Assembly: GCA_016235545.1 (NCBI GenBank)
Contig: JACRKB010000073.1
Span: forward strand, 25,015-89,014
Reading direction: 5' to 3'
DNA length: 64,000 bases
Source: Verrucomicrobiota bacterium
GTDB taxonomy: Bacteria > Verrucomicrobiota > Verrucomicrobiia > Limisphaerales > SXTU01
The translations under genes were made by a program, and so were the position numbers. A model generated the notes under the pieces. That model saw only the letters and a program-made list of their open reading frames with translations, was not told where the DNA came from and ran no database searches. Position 1 is the stretch's first letter; every line of letters begins with the position of its first letter. Below, one piece after another: positions 46,485-56,666 of this stretch.

Positions 46485-46624
46485 CCCTCCTACATGGCGG
46501 CCAATCGCGGAATCCGGGGCTACCGGAGCGGGTGGCACGCCAGTGAGTTTCCGGTTGCATGACCGCGGGAGAGGCGGCGGTATCGCACCGCACCCGCTGT
46601 TGCGCGGTGCGCTGCACTCGGCCC

Positions 46625-48391
46625 ATGACTCCCCTCGACCTCCTGTTCTCGCTCGCGCCCCTCGGGGCGATGCTCGCGGCGGGATTCATTTTTTCCCGGC
46701 GGGGGGGGCGTTCGGTGCAGGATTTCGTGCTGGGCGATCGGAAATTTTCGTGGTGGCAGGCGGGGACGGCAATGGTGGCGGGGGCGTCGAACGCGGACAG
46801 TCCGCTGCACCACTCGGGCAAAATCCGCCGCGACGGGCTGACGGGCGCGTGGTATTACTGGTCGCAGATTGTCGGGCAGTTGTTCGGCGCGCTGGTGTTT
46901 TCGCGGCTGTGGCGGCGGTCGGGACTGACGACCGTCGTCGAGTTCTACGAGTTGCGCTACGCGGGGCGGGGCGCCGCTGCCGGGCGGGGCTGCGCGATGG
47001 TGCTGGGCACGTTTGTGGAAAGCACATTCGGGATCGCGCTCGGGCTGGTGGCGGTGGTGAAGCTGTCGGAGGTATTTCTCGGGCTCCATCAGCCGGTGAG
47101 TTTGTGGGGAGTCGATTTCGCCCCGGGCCTGCTGGTCGCGCTCGCCGCGCTGGCGCTGGCGGCTTCGTATTCGGTGGTGGCGGGGTTGTTTGGCGTGGTG
47201 GCGGGCGACGTGACGGAGTTTCTGATCACGCTGGCGTGCTCGTATGCGCTGATGTTCTTTGTTTACCGCGCGACGGGCTACCACGCGGGGCTGAGCGAGG
47301 GGCTGGAACGGCTGGGGTTGGCGGCGCAGCGGGAGCTGGCACCGGCGTGGGGATTGTCGGCGCTGGTGTTCTTCGTGTTCCAGCCGCTGGCGACGGCGGC
47401 GGGGGTGAACAGTATCAACCAGCGTTTCCTCGCGGTGCGCGACGAGCGGCAGAGCGCGCTGGCCGGCGTGTGGCGGATCGTGAACCACTACTTCGTGCGC
47501 TGCTGGCCTTGGCATCTGTGCGGGCTGTGCTCGCTGGTGCTGCTCGCCGGCTCCGCGCCGGAGCATGAACTGGCGTATGCGGAGCTGATTCTGCGTTATG
47601 TGCCGGAGGGGTTGCGGGGCTTTATGTTCGGCAGCCTCGTCATGGCGTTCATGGGCACGGCGAGCACGGCCATGCACACGAGCGGAGCGGTATTCGTGAA
47701 CGATTTCTACCGTCCCTACTTCCGCCCGGCGGCGCCGGATCGACATTATCTGTGGATCATCCGCGGGACGATGGTGGTGTTCGCCGCGGCCGGGGTTGCC
47801 GTGGCGATGGCAAACGACCACATTCTCAGCCTCGTGCAGCTTTACTACAAGGTCGTGAGCGCGGCGGGTCTGCTGATGCTGTTGCGGTGGTTCTGGTGGC
47901 GCGTGAACGGCTGGGCGGAGGCGGCGGCGCAACTGGCGGCGCTGCCGGTCGCGCTGCTGTTCGAGCAGGGGGATCGCATTTTCGGGGAGGGGCGCGACCC
48001 GGTGGACTGGCTGGCGGCGCGTTTCGGCGGCGGCACGGCGGACGATCACTTCGCGGTGTCTTTCATTTTGACCATCGCCGCGACGACCGTCATCTGGCTG
48101 GTGGTCATGCTGCTCACCCCGCCCGAACCGATGGAGAAGTTGGAGACGTTCTACCGGCGTATCCGGCCCTACGGTTTCTGGGGCCCGGTGGCGGCGCGAT
48201 GCCCAGAGGTGCGGGTGACGGACCGGTTCGCGCGCGATCTGCTGCTCTACGTGCTGGGCCTCACGGTCTGCGCGTGCGTGCTGCTCGGCGGCGTGGCGCT
48301 CACCTGGGGGAACGTTGCGCTGGGCGCGGGGCTGCTGGCGGCGGGCGGTTGCGGTGGCTGGTTGCTGGTGCGGCGGCTTCAACGGACCTAG
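46625..48391 (+). CDS. Sodium:solute symporter (SSS) family transporter
   Basis: Start MTPLDLLFSLAPLGAMLAAGFIF (ATG 46625). About 13-14 TM helices, with an SSS-like N-terminal block (SVQDFVLGDRKFSWWQAGTAMVA) and ...VVEFYELRY. Confidence 0.85.
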   Translation: MTPLDLLFSLAPLGAMLAAGFIFSRRGGRSVQDFVLGDRKFSWWQAGTAMVAGASNADSPLHHSGKIRRDGLTGAWYYWSQIVGQLFGALVFSRLWRRSGLTTVVEFYELRYAGRGAAAGRGCAMVLGTFVESTFGIALGLVAVVKLSEVFLGLHQPVSLWGVDFAPGLLVALAALALAASYSVVAGLFGVVAGDVTEFLITLACSYALMFFVYRATGYHAGLSEGLERLGLAAQRELAPAWGLSALVFFVFQPLATAAGVNSINQRFLAVRDERQSALAGVWRIVNHYFVRCWPWHLCGLCSLVLLAGSAPEHELAYAELILRYVPEGLRGFMFGSLVMAFMGTASTAMHTSGAVFVNDFYRPYFRPAAPDRHYLWIIRGTMVVFAAAGVAVAMANDHILSLVQLYYKVVSAAGLLMLLRWFWWRVNGWAEAAAQLAALPVALLFEQGDRIFGEGRDPVDWLAARFGGGTADDHFAVSFILTIAATTVIWLVVMLLTPPEPMEKLETFYRRIRPYGFWGPVAARCPEVRVTDRFARDLLLYVLGLTVCACVLLGGVALTWGNVALGAGLLAAGGCGGWLLVRRLQRT

Positions 48392-48396
48392 GCATC

Positions 48397-49440
48397 ATGG
48401 CCAAGATCCTGCCTGTCACGATGTCGGATGTCGGCCGCGCGGCCGGAGTGAGCCAGGCGGCGGTGTCGCTGGCTTTCCGGAGCGACCCGAGCATTCCGGC
48501 GGCGACGCGGCAGCGGATCTTCGCCGTGGCGCGGCGGCTCGGCTACCGGCGGCACGCCGCGATCTCGGCACTCATGGCCCAGGTGCGCGCGCGCAAGCCG
48601 ATGGCGATCAAGGCGGAGTTGGGCGCGCTGACGTTCTGGTCGGATCGAGCGGCGTTCGAGCAGAACCCGACCTGGCAGGAGCAGTGGCGTGGCGCGCAGG
48701 CGCGGGCGCGCGAGCTGGGATATGCCTTGGAGGAATTCTGGACCGGCAGCCCCGGTATGAGCCTGCGGCGGCTGTCATCGGTGCTGCAGGCCCGCAACAT
48801 CGAAGGCGTGCTCGTTTTTCCGCTACCCACCCCGCAGGGGCTCAAGTTTCCGTTCGACCGGTTTTCGGCCATCGCGATCGGCTACACGCTGGAATCGCCG
48901 CTGGTGCATCGCGTCGTCACCGCGCATTTCGACTCGGTGTTGATCGCGCTGTCCGAGTTGCGGAGCCGCGGCTACGCCAATATCGGCCTCGTGCTGGACG
49001 AGCATATGAGTCAGCGCGTGCGCCGGAACTGGAAGGCGGCGTTCTACGCCTACGGGCTGGAGCTGGGGCGCGTGGATTCCGCCGCGATCCTCTCGTTGCC
49101 GAGCCAGGGGGCGCCGGAACGCCTGGGCAAATGGCTGCGGCGCTTCCGGCCCGACGCCGTGCTTTGCGGCGGCCCGCAGCCGATCCGCGCCTGGTTGCGC
49201 GAACTGGGGTTGTCCGCCCCTGCGGACATCGGCATCGTGCGCTTGGCGAACATCCAGCCGGAGGAACGCTGCGCCTGTATCGACGAAAAGTGGCGGCAGG
49301 TCGGCGCCGCGGCGGTCGATCTGCTCGTCGGCCAACTGCACCGCGGCCAGCGCGGCATTCCGGAGCGCCCGATGCTCACGCTGGTGCGTGGCGAGTGGGT
49401 TGAGGGTGATTCGGTCCGCCGACCGATAAAGCCGGCGTGA
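48397..49440 (+). CDS. LacI-family transcriptional regulator
   Basis: HTH VTMSDVGRAAGVSQAAVSLAFRSDPSIPAATRQRIFAVARRLGYRRH. Starts 5 nt after the SSS stop. Paralog of the regulators at 7228 and 20054. Confidence 0.9.
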   Translation: MAKILPVTMSDVGRAAGVSQAAVSLAFRSDPSIPAATRQRIFAVARRLGYRRHAAISALMAQVRARKPMAIKAELGALTFWSDRAAFEQNPTWQEQWRGAQARARELGYALEEFWTGSPGMSLRRLSSVLQARNIEGVLVFPLPTPQGLKFPFDRFSAIAIGYTLESPLVHRVVTAHFDSVLIALSELRSRGYANIGLVLDEHMSQRVRRNWKAAFYAYGLELGRVDSAAILSLPSQGAPERLGKWLRRFRPDAVLCGGPQPIRAWLRELGLSAPADIGIVRLANIQPEERCACIDEKWRQVGAAAVDLLVGQLHRGQRGIPERPMLTLVRGEWVEGDSVRRPIKPA

Positions 49441-49581
49441 CCGCCGTCTCGCGCCCGGCGGTCGGCACTTTTTCGCGACAAGTCCCGTTGCGATTGAGCA
49501 GCGTGAGGCCATCCGGTTCGTTCCGGCTGTTCGCGACACTGCTCCCCACCGTGGTCGCTGCGGCCCTCCAACACTTTCCTC

Positions 49582-50655
49582 ATGACGCTCGCTTCGTTTT
49601 CCCGTTGGCCGATTCCTCGGCAGCTTGGCCTATGCTTCGCGCTGTTCTTCGTTGCAACCGCGACCGGCGCTGAGCGCTACTCCGCCACGACGGTGGAAGA
49701 GGCGGGGGTGACGCTGATCGTGCTCCGCGACGAAGTTGCAGGCATGGAGGCGGCGATCGCGCCGCGACAAGGGGGAGAACTATCGAGTCTGCGTATCCAT
49801 TTTCGCGGAGAATGGCTCGAACTGCTCTACCGAGCCAGGGACTATCGCGAAGCGACCGGTTGGAGGGGCAAGGCGCCTTTGCTCTGGCCCGCAGTCGGGC
49901 GCAATTTCTCGCGCACCCAGCCGCGCGACCCAAATGCGGAACTGTGCTCCTACGATTTTGCCGGGCGCCGCTACGATCTGCCCATCCACGGATTCGCGCG
50001 GATGCAGGCGTGGCAAGTGATCGGGACACGGGCCAACGCGGATGGCGCTGCGGTCGAGGTTGAGCTGACCGACAACGCCGCGACCCGCCGGCAATACCCC
50101 TTCGGTTTCAGTTTCCGCATCGTCTACCGGCTGGCGGAAGGCCGCTTGACGCTCACGCACCGGATCGCGGCGGCACGCGAGAACGATGCGACGATGTTTT
50201 TTTCAATCGGTAACCATGTCACGTTCCGCCTGCCGCTGGTGCCTGGCTCCGCGCCAGGCGAGACGACGCTGCAGACGCCTTCGCGGTTCGAATTGCCGAA
50301 GGACGCCAATACGCTGCCGGCGGGAGAGTCGCGCCCACTGGACTTGTCGAAGCCCAGCCGGCTGGCCGAACGCTCGTTCCTGCCGCCACTCGGGCTGGCC
50401 GGCTACGAGGGCGACCCGTGGGTGCGACTCGCCGACCCGACGGGATTGGCCATCGTGGTGACGCACCAGGCGGAGCGCCTCCCCGCGGGCCAGTGCATTC
50501 TTTTCAATCTGTGGGGTTCGCCGGCGAGCGGCTATTTCAGCCCGGAACCGTGGGTCGGTCTCACCGATTCGCTGAACCGCCGCGCCGGCCTGATCGAGTT
50601 GCAGCCGGGCGAGCAGTGGGCGTGGAGGATCGATTTCGCAGTCGAGGGGCGCTGA
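49582..50655 (+). CDS. Aldose 1-epimerase (mutarotase)-family protein, secreted
   Basis: Signal-like LGLCFALFFVATATGA. Blocks GKAPLLWPAVGR, LPIHGFAR...W, YPFGFSFRIVYRL, and MFFSIGNHVTF resembling the G.HPYF region of galactose mutarotase-like folds. Confidence 0.75.
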   Translation: MTLASFSRWPIPRQLGLCFALFFVATATGAERYSATTVEEAGVTLIVLRDEVAGMEAAIAPRQGGELSSLRIHFRGEWLELLYRARDYREATGWRGKAPLLWPAVGRNFSRTQPRDPNAELCSYDFAGRRYDLPIHGFARMQAWQVIGTRANADGAAVEVELTDNAATRRQYPFGFSFRIVYRLAEGRLTLTHRIAAARENDATMFFSIGNHVTFRLPLVPGSAPGETTLQTPSRFELPKDANTLPAGESRPLDLSKPSRLAERSFLPPLGLAGYEGDPWVRLADPTGLAIVVTHQAERLPAGQCILFNLWGSPASGYFSPEPWVGLTDSLNRRAGLIELQPGEQWAWRIDFAVEGR

Positions 50656-50774
50656 TTACTTTTTCGGGATAAGTCACGAGGGGGTTGGATTCGCGCGTCG
50701 GCCGCGCAATACGTCCTGTACCGCTCTACCCCCACGCTGGCGGCCAAGCGGCAACCCTATCACCCAAACCCCGC

Positions 50775-52937
50775 ATGAAGATGAGACACATTCGATGCAT
50801 GTATCCGTTGCTGGCCGCGCTTTGCGCCGCTCGCATCGCCATGGCGCAGGATGTCCCAAGCGCCGCCGATAAACCCACGCAAGAGACCCAGGACGCAAAC
50901 GACAAGGTCGTCGAGCTTTCGCCCTTCGTAGTCCAAGCATCTGCCACCAACAGCTACATGGCGACGAATTCCGCGTCCGGCACGCGCATCGCGCTGCCGC
51001 TCGAGTCCACTCCGCTGACGATCAGCGTCGTCACAGCCGACCTGCTCAAGGACAAGGGCACGCCTTCGGTGAACGAGGCTCTGCGCTTCATGCCCGGCGT
51101 GCGCCGCAACGCGAACAACTCTGATCAGTTCAAGATCCGCGGCTTCCAGGCGCGGGCTCCGCGCGTGGACGATTTCTACGATGCCGGCGACCTGAATGAG
51201 GGCCGTTCCCGCTATGAGATGGCCGAGATGGAACGCGTTGAGCTGATTAAGGGACCGACCTCGGTGCTCTTCGGCTTCGGCAATCCCGGCGGCGTGCTGA
51301 ACATGATCACGAAGCGGCCTCAGTCGAAGGAGGCCTATTCGGTGACCGCCACCCTCGGTAGCTGGGACCAGAAGCGCATCGCACTCGATGCCACGGGGCC
51401 GATCGCCAAGAAGGGCGATTGGGAACTCCTCTATCGCCTGATCACCGTCAAGGAAAGCGCTGAAGGCTTTCGTGATTTTGAGGACTCCAAGAGCGAATTC
51501 GTGAGCGGCCAGCTCCAGCTGAACTATCGCAACACAACGAGCCTCCGCGTGCGTTTCCGCTATCACGACATTTGGGAGCATGAGGCGTTCACGCTCATGC
51601 CCTACGACATCGCGGACGGCACCATCATCATTCCCGAAATCAGCTACAACGTGAGCGGGCCGCTCGGCGACTTCGCCCATCTGAAGCAGCTGTCCACGAA
51701 CTACGAGTTCACCCACAGCTTCTCCTCGCACCTGCACTTCCGCGCCGCCGCCACCGATCACGAGTTCTATTTCAACTCGCTGCGCCGCATCGGCGAAGCC
51801 CTGATCCCCGACCACACGGGCGTCAACGTCGTAGGGGCGATGGACGACAACAAGCGGCAGATCAAGGCCTGGCAAATGGACCTCACCGGCAACTGGGATT
51901 TCTCCGCCGCCAAGCTCAAGCTCGTGGCTGGCGCCAACGGCACCCACTCGCTCTCCCGCATCGAAGGCAAGAACAACACGAATCTGCCGGTGTTCACGCT
52001 CAACCAGGCGACGCGCAACTACACGCTCGGCAACCCGGCCGACTACATTCCCGGAGCGAACGATTTCCGCGATAACAATATGGATCGCGTCTACTACGCG
52101 CTCACGACCGTCCAAGCATTCAATGACCGCCTGACCCTGCTCGCGGCGGTCGGTCGAGGTGAAAGCGATACCAACAATACGCTCATCCGCAAGACGCCTC
52201 CCACAGTGACCGTCGGGCATTTCAAGGTCACCAAGCCGCAATTCGGCGCCTCTTATGAACTAAGGAAGGGCCTGTTCATGTTCGCGAACATGTCGGAATC
52301 CGCCGCGCCGAACGTGCGCTTCCCGGCGACCCCCGAGGAAGGCAAGAGCTACGACATCGGCTTCAAGTTCAATCAGGACAAGTTCGCCGGTAGCGTCGCC
52401 TACTTCCATACCACGCGCTCTAACATTCAGGTCCAGATCTTCAACACCACCACCGGTCTGACGAGCTTCGAACTCTCCGGCGAGGAGATGGCCGAAGGCG
52501 TCGAATCCGACTTCCAATACTTCCCCACCAAGCAGCTCCAGATTGTCGGCACCTATGCCTGGACAAACTCGCGCGTCGTGTCCGATGCGCAGCGCCCCGG
52601 CCGCGTCGGCACCACGCTGCCCGACGTGCCCCGCAACGCCGTGCGCCTGTGGAGCAAATACACGTTCAATGGCGGTGCCTTGGACAAGGTTTGGGTCGGC
52701 GCCGGCTATCTCTACACGAGCCAAATGATCGGCAACCGCAACCCCGTGCGCTATAAGGTCCACGTCGATGGCTGGCAGCGTTTCGACGCCAGCCTCGGTT
52801 ATACGACGAAAATGGGTAAGGCGCGCGTCGATTACGTCCTCAACGCGGAGAATCTCCTCGATAAGGACTACATCGATTACATGTTCGTGCGCGGCCGGCC
52901 GTTCAATCTGAAGGCCTCCGCGACGTTCTCGTTCTAG
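50775..52937 (+). CDS. TonB-dependent outer-membrane receptor (paralog of 56667-58862)
   Basis: Signal [25 protein letters not shown]. Plug motifs ([52 protein letters not shown]). C-terminal ...LKASATFSF. Confidence 0.9.
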   Translation: MKMRHIRCMYPLLAALCAARIAMAQDVPSAADKPTQETQDANDKVVELSPFVVQASATNSYMATNSASGTRIALPLESTPLTISVVTADLLKDKGTPSVNEALRFMPGVRRNANNSDQFKIRGFQARAPRVDDFYDAGDLNEGRSRYEMAEMERVELIKGPTSVLFGFGNPGGVLNMITKRPQSKEAYSVTATLGSWDQKRIALDATGPIAKKGDWELLYRLITVKESAEGFRDFEDSKSEFVSGQLQLNYRNTTSLRVRFRYHDIWEHEAFTLMPYDIADGTIIIPEISYNVSGPLGDFAHLKQLSTNYEFTHSFSSHLHFRAAATDHEFYFNSLRRIGEALIPDHTGVNVVGAMDDNKRQIKAWQMDLTGNWDFSAAKLKLVAGANGTHSLSRIEGKNNTNLPVFTLNQATRNYTLGNPADYIPGANDFRDNNMDRVYYALTTVQAFNDRLTLLAAVGRGESDTNNTLIRKTPPTVTVGHFKVTKPQFGASYELRKGLFMFANMSESAAPNVRFPATPEEGKSYDIGFKFNQDKFAGSVAYFHTTRSNIQVQIFNTTTGLTSFELSGEEMAEGVESDFQYFPTKQLQIVGTYAWTNSRVVSDAQRPGRVGTTLPDVPRNAVRLWSKYTFNGGALDKVWVGAGYLYTSQMIGNRNPVRYKVHVDGWQRFDASLGYTTKMGKARVDYVLNAENLLDKDYIDYMFVRGRPFNLKASATFSF

Positions 52938-53059
52938 CACGTAATCGGAAAAAATCGGTTCATCCTTGGGGAACGGCCATTGCCGTGGTCCGCACCGGAC
53001 GGCGCATAGCGTTCGGTGCGGGCTTCCTCCACGAAGCATTGTTCCGCTGCTCTTTCGGC

Positions 53060-54637
53060 ATGAGCCTGCTCTCCAGCGCTATTTTCGGTCTGCTTTTCGC
53101 GAGTGTGCCTCCTTCTCCGGCGATGCAGACCGCACCGCCGCCACGGCTGGAAATTTCCGAGGGCGCGGTCGAGGGAGCTCTCGTCTCGGACGGCGCCGTT
53201 CGGATGTTCCTCGGCATCCCCTACGCGGAGCCGCCTACGGGGTCATGGCGCTGGCGCGCACCCCGTGCCAAGCAGCCTTGGACCGGTGTGCTCAAGGCCA
53301 ATCGTTTCGGCCCACACGCGATGCAGGGCCAGCCGTATGGCGACATGGGCTTTCGCGACGAGGGGGCGAGTGAAGACTGCCTCTATCTCAATGTCTGGGC
53401 TCCGGCGCGGCCCGATGCCCCGAAATTGCCTGTGATGGTTTGGATCCACGGCGGCGGTTTCGTCGCCGGGGCCGGTTCGGAACCGCGGCAGGATGGCCGC
53501 TATCTCGCGCAGCGCGGGGTCGTGGTGGTCAGCATGAATTACCGGCTCGGCATCTTCGGTTTCTTCACGCACCCGGAGCTGGCGGCGGAGTCTCCACACG
53601 ACACCTCCGGCAACTACGGTCTGATGGATCAGATCGCCGCCCTTGAGTGGGTGCGACGCAACATCGCCGCATTCGGGGGCGACCCCGACAACGTCACCGT
53701 TTTCGGGGAATCGGCCGGCTCTTTCTCCGTCTCGGCCCTCTTGGCCTCGCCCCTCGCGCGCGGCCTGTTTCACAAGGCCATCGGGCAAAGCGGAGCCTTT
53801 TTTGGCGAAACCTTGCGGGCGTTAAGGCGGGAGGAAGCCGAAAAGCGCGACCTTGCCTTCGCCGACGCCGCGTTCCACACGCACGCGCTCTCGGATCTGC
53901 GCACCGTGCCGGCGGACACGCTCCTCAATGCATCGCTCGGTCCGCATGCGAGGTGGTTTTCACCGACGATCGACGGCGCCGTCCTGCCGGAAGATTGTTC
54001 TGCAATTTATCGCGCCGGCTCGCAGGCCTCCGTGCCGCTGCTCGCCGGCTGGAATCGGGACGAAGGGGCGCGGCGCGCTTTGCCCGGACTGTCTGTCGCG
54101 ACCCTCCCTGAACTCACGCGGTATGCCGTCGGCCGTTTCGGGGCGGCAGCACCGGAATTCCTGCGGCTTTTCGGGGCGAACGACGACGCTTCGGCGGCGC
54201 TCGCAGCCCACGAACTCTCGGGCGCCGATTTCATCGCGCTGTCCACCTGGAGGTGGATGGAGGCGCATCTGCGCACCGGGCACGCGCCGGTTTACCGCTA
54301 TCGCTTCGATCAGCCCATGCCCCAGACGCCCGATGCACCCGCCGGCTCGACCGGCCTCGTCCCGCACGCCGCGGACATTCCCTTCGTGTTCGGTGCTCTG
54401 GCCGACATCAAGAATAACTGGACCGACGCGCACCGTGCCGTCTCCGCCCTGATGGTGGCTTACTGGACCAATTTCGCGCGTTGCGGTGACCCGAACGGTC
54501 CCGGCCTGCCTCACTGGCCGCAATATGTTTCCGAAAGCGGGTTTCCCGTCATGCACCTCATGGGCCAGCCCCACGCCCAGCCCGACGAGGAGCGCGAGCG
54601 CTACCAATTCATCGATCGCGCCGCGGCGCCACATTGA
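53060..54637 (+). CDS. Type-B carboxylesterase/lipase, secreted
   Basis: Signal [31 protein letters not shown], oxyanion-hole VWIHGGGF, and nucleophile elbow FGESAGS. The C-terminal acid/His region includes ...[12 protein letters not shown]. Confidence 0.9.
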   Translation: MSLLSSAIFGLLFASVPPSPAMQTAPPPRLEISEGAVEGALVSDGAVRMFLGIPYAEPPTGSWRWRAPRAKQPWTGVLKANRFGPHAMQGQPYGDMGFRDEGASEDCLYLNVWAPARPDAPKLPVMVWIHGGGFVAGAGSEPRQDGRYLAQRGVVVVSMNYRLGIFGFFTHPELAAESPHDTSGNYGLMDQIAALEWVRRNIAAFGGDPDNVTVFGESAGSFSVSALLASPLARGLFHKAIGQSGAFFGETLRALRREEAEKRDLAFADAAFHTHALSDLRTVPADTLLNASLGPHARWFSPTIDGAVLPEDCSAIYRAGSQASVPLLAGWNRDEGARRALPGLSVATLPELTRYAVGRFGAAAPEFLRLFGANDDASAALAAHELSGADFIALSTWRWMEAHLRTGHAPVYRYRFDQPMPQTPDAPAGSTGLVPHAADIPFVFGALADIKNNWTDAHRAVSALMVAYWTNFARCGDPNGPGLPHWPQYVSESGFPVMHLMGQPHAQPDEERERYQFIDRAAAPH

Positions 54638-54743
54638 GCATGGGCCCGCATATCCCGCGGACTTGGTCCGGGAGGTGCTATTACGATATTAGTATCAGCG
54701 GCCTTGCTGGAGTCTGTTTTTGCCCAGTTTAGTGGGGGCCACG

Positions 54744-54761
54744 GGTTCACCGCGGTGAACC
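54744..54761. promoter_or_regulatory. Perfect 18-bp palindrome GGTTCACCGCGGTGAACC upstream of the sulfatase gene
   Basis: Self-complementary 18-mer 16 nt upstream of ATG 54777 and ~105 nt upstream of the preferred start at 54867. It contains the GTGAAC half-site also seen in the 8287 site, but with inverted arm polarity. Confidence 0.3.
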
Positions 54762-54866
54762 TCACCCCATCTCAGCATGAGTCACGCCCCAACCCCGCAA
54801 ACTCCTTTTCGGCCGCCCAGCGGATTGAGTGGGAAATCTTCCCGGATTTCCTGTTTTAAATCCGCA

Positions 54867-56600
54867 ATGATCGTCGGCGTGGCGAGCTTGGCCCCGGCTT
54901 TGTTCGCGACCGGCCCTGCGGTCCCGGCAAAGCAGCCCAACGTCGTGGTGGTTGTCCTCGATGACGCGGGATTTTCCGACCTCGGTTGTTACGGTTCCGA
55001 GATCCGCACCCCCAACCTCGACCGGCTCGCCGCCACCGGTCTTCGTTTCACTCGTTTCGACACCAAGGCCATTTGCGCTCCTTCTCGCGCGTCCCTGCTC
55101 ACAGGCGTCGAGCCCCATGCTCTCGGAATGGCAGACCTGCCTTCCAAAGCGACCACTCGGCCGGCTGGCTTCACCCGACACAGCACCTGCGGTGAACTCC
55201 CGGCCAACGTCGATCTGCTTCCGCAGGCGCTCCAGCGCGCGGGTTATTCCACTTGGCTGCTCGGCAAGTGGCATCTGATTCCCAGCTGGGAAGACGGCGC
55301 ACCCGGTCGCAACTCCTCCTTCCCGCTCCAGCGCGGCTTCGACTACGCGTGCTTTTTCAAGATGGGCTGGACCGACCAATACCACCCCGAACTCTACGAG
55401 GGCAACGCCCGGCTGCCGGTCCCGGCTGATCCCGCCTATCACTTCACCACGGATATGGTCGATCGCGGCATTCGGCTCATCGATGCGCAACGTCGCGAGC
55501 GCCCCGAGAAACCTTTCTTCCTCTATCTCGGATTGGGTGTTCCCCACGCCCCGATCCAGGTGCCGGCGTCTTACATCAATCGTTATGCCGGTGTTTACGA
55601 ACGGGGCTGGGATGTGCTTCGCGCCGAACGCTTCGCTCGCCTGCAACGCCTCGGCCTTGTGCCGGCGGATGCACGTCTCCCCGCGCTCGATCCCGGCGAC
55701 CCCGCGTGGGACGCGCTGAACGAGCAGGAGCGCCGGGTCTATGCGCGGTTCATGGCCACCTTCGCGGGATTTCTCGAGCACGGCGACGAGCAGATCGGCC
55801 GCCTCGTCGCGCACCTTGAGCAGACCGGCCTGACGAAAGACACGCTGATCGTCGTGTTGTCCGACAATGGCGCCGCCAGCGAATCCAAACCTGGCCGCTT
55901 CCGCCATCCCTATAACGGTGGCCCGACACCGCTGGCGGAAATGGACGCCCACCTGGACGAACTCGGCACCGACAAGACCCTCGCGCTCTATCCACGCGCC
56001 TGGGCCACGCTCGGCAGCGCGCCCTATCGCCGCTACAAGCTCTGGCCGCATCTCGGTGGCGTGCGCTGCCCGTTGATCATCGTGCCACCGGGCGGAGCGC
56101 GGGACGCGGGCGGGGTGCGCGGTCAATTGGTGGATATCGTCGATCTCGCGCCGACCATCGCCGAGTTCGCCGGCGCCCATTTCGCTGCCGCCGTGGACGG
56201 AGAACCGGCCGTTCCCGTCGCCGGCAAGTCAATCGTGCCGCTGCTGGCCTCAGCCGATGCCGCCCCGGTCCGCACGGTGCAGTTCTTCGAGCTGCGCGGC
56301 AACCGCGCCATCACCGCCGGCTCCTGGCGCGCCCTCACCATGCACCGCCCGGCAACACCCTTCTCCGACGACCGCTGGGAACTCTACGATCTCGCCACCG
56401 ATCCTTTCGAGACCCGTGACCTCGCCGCGGCGCGCCCGGAGAAGCTGCAGGAGTTAATTCTCCTCTGGGAAAAGGAGGCCGCCACCCACGGCGCGCTCCC
56501 GCTCCAGCAGCCGACCCCGCAGATTCTTTCCGTCAGCGGATTCGAGGACGCCTTTGTCCCAGCCGCATCCGCTCACGGCACCACCGGCACGCCACCGTGA
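54867..56600 (+). CDS. Cys-type arylsulfatase, secreted
   Basis: MIVGVASLAPALFATGPAVPA signal (ATG 54867; ORF open from 54777). NVVVVVLDDAGFSDLGCYG, then the formylglycine motif CAPSRASLLTG, then GKWHL. Confidence 0.88.
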   Translation: MIVGVASLAPALFATGPAVPAKQPNVVVVVLDDAGFSDLGCYGSEIRTPNLDRLAATGLRFTRFDTKAICAPSRASLLTGVEPHALGMADLPSKATTRPAGFTRHSTCGELPANVDLLPQALQRAGYSTWLLGKWHLIPSWEDGAPGRNSSFPLQRGFDYACFFKMGWTDQYHPELYEGNARLPVPADPAYHFTTDMVDRGIRLIDAQRRERPEKPFFLYLGLGVPHAPIQVPASYINRYAGVYERGWDVLRAERFARLQRLGLVPADARLPALDPGDPAWDALNEQERRVYARFMATFAGFLEHGDEQIGRLVAHLEQTGLTKDTLIVVLSDNGAASESKPGRFRHPYNGGPTPLAEMDAHLDELGTDKTLALYPRAWATLGSAPYRRYKLWPHLGGVRCPLIIVPPGGARDAGGVRGQLVDIVDLAPTIAEFAGAHFAAAVDGEPAVPVAGKSIVPLLASADAAPVRTVQFFELRGNRAITAGSWRALTMHRPATPFSDDRWELYDLATDPFETRDLAAARPEKLQELILLWEKEAATHGALPLQQPTPQILSVSGFEDAFVPAASAHGTTGTPP

Positions 56601-56666
56601 GGCGTGCATTCAAGATCCCGCACCCCCTTTTTGCCGAACGACCCAAGTAACCTACCTCCTGCCCCC

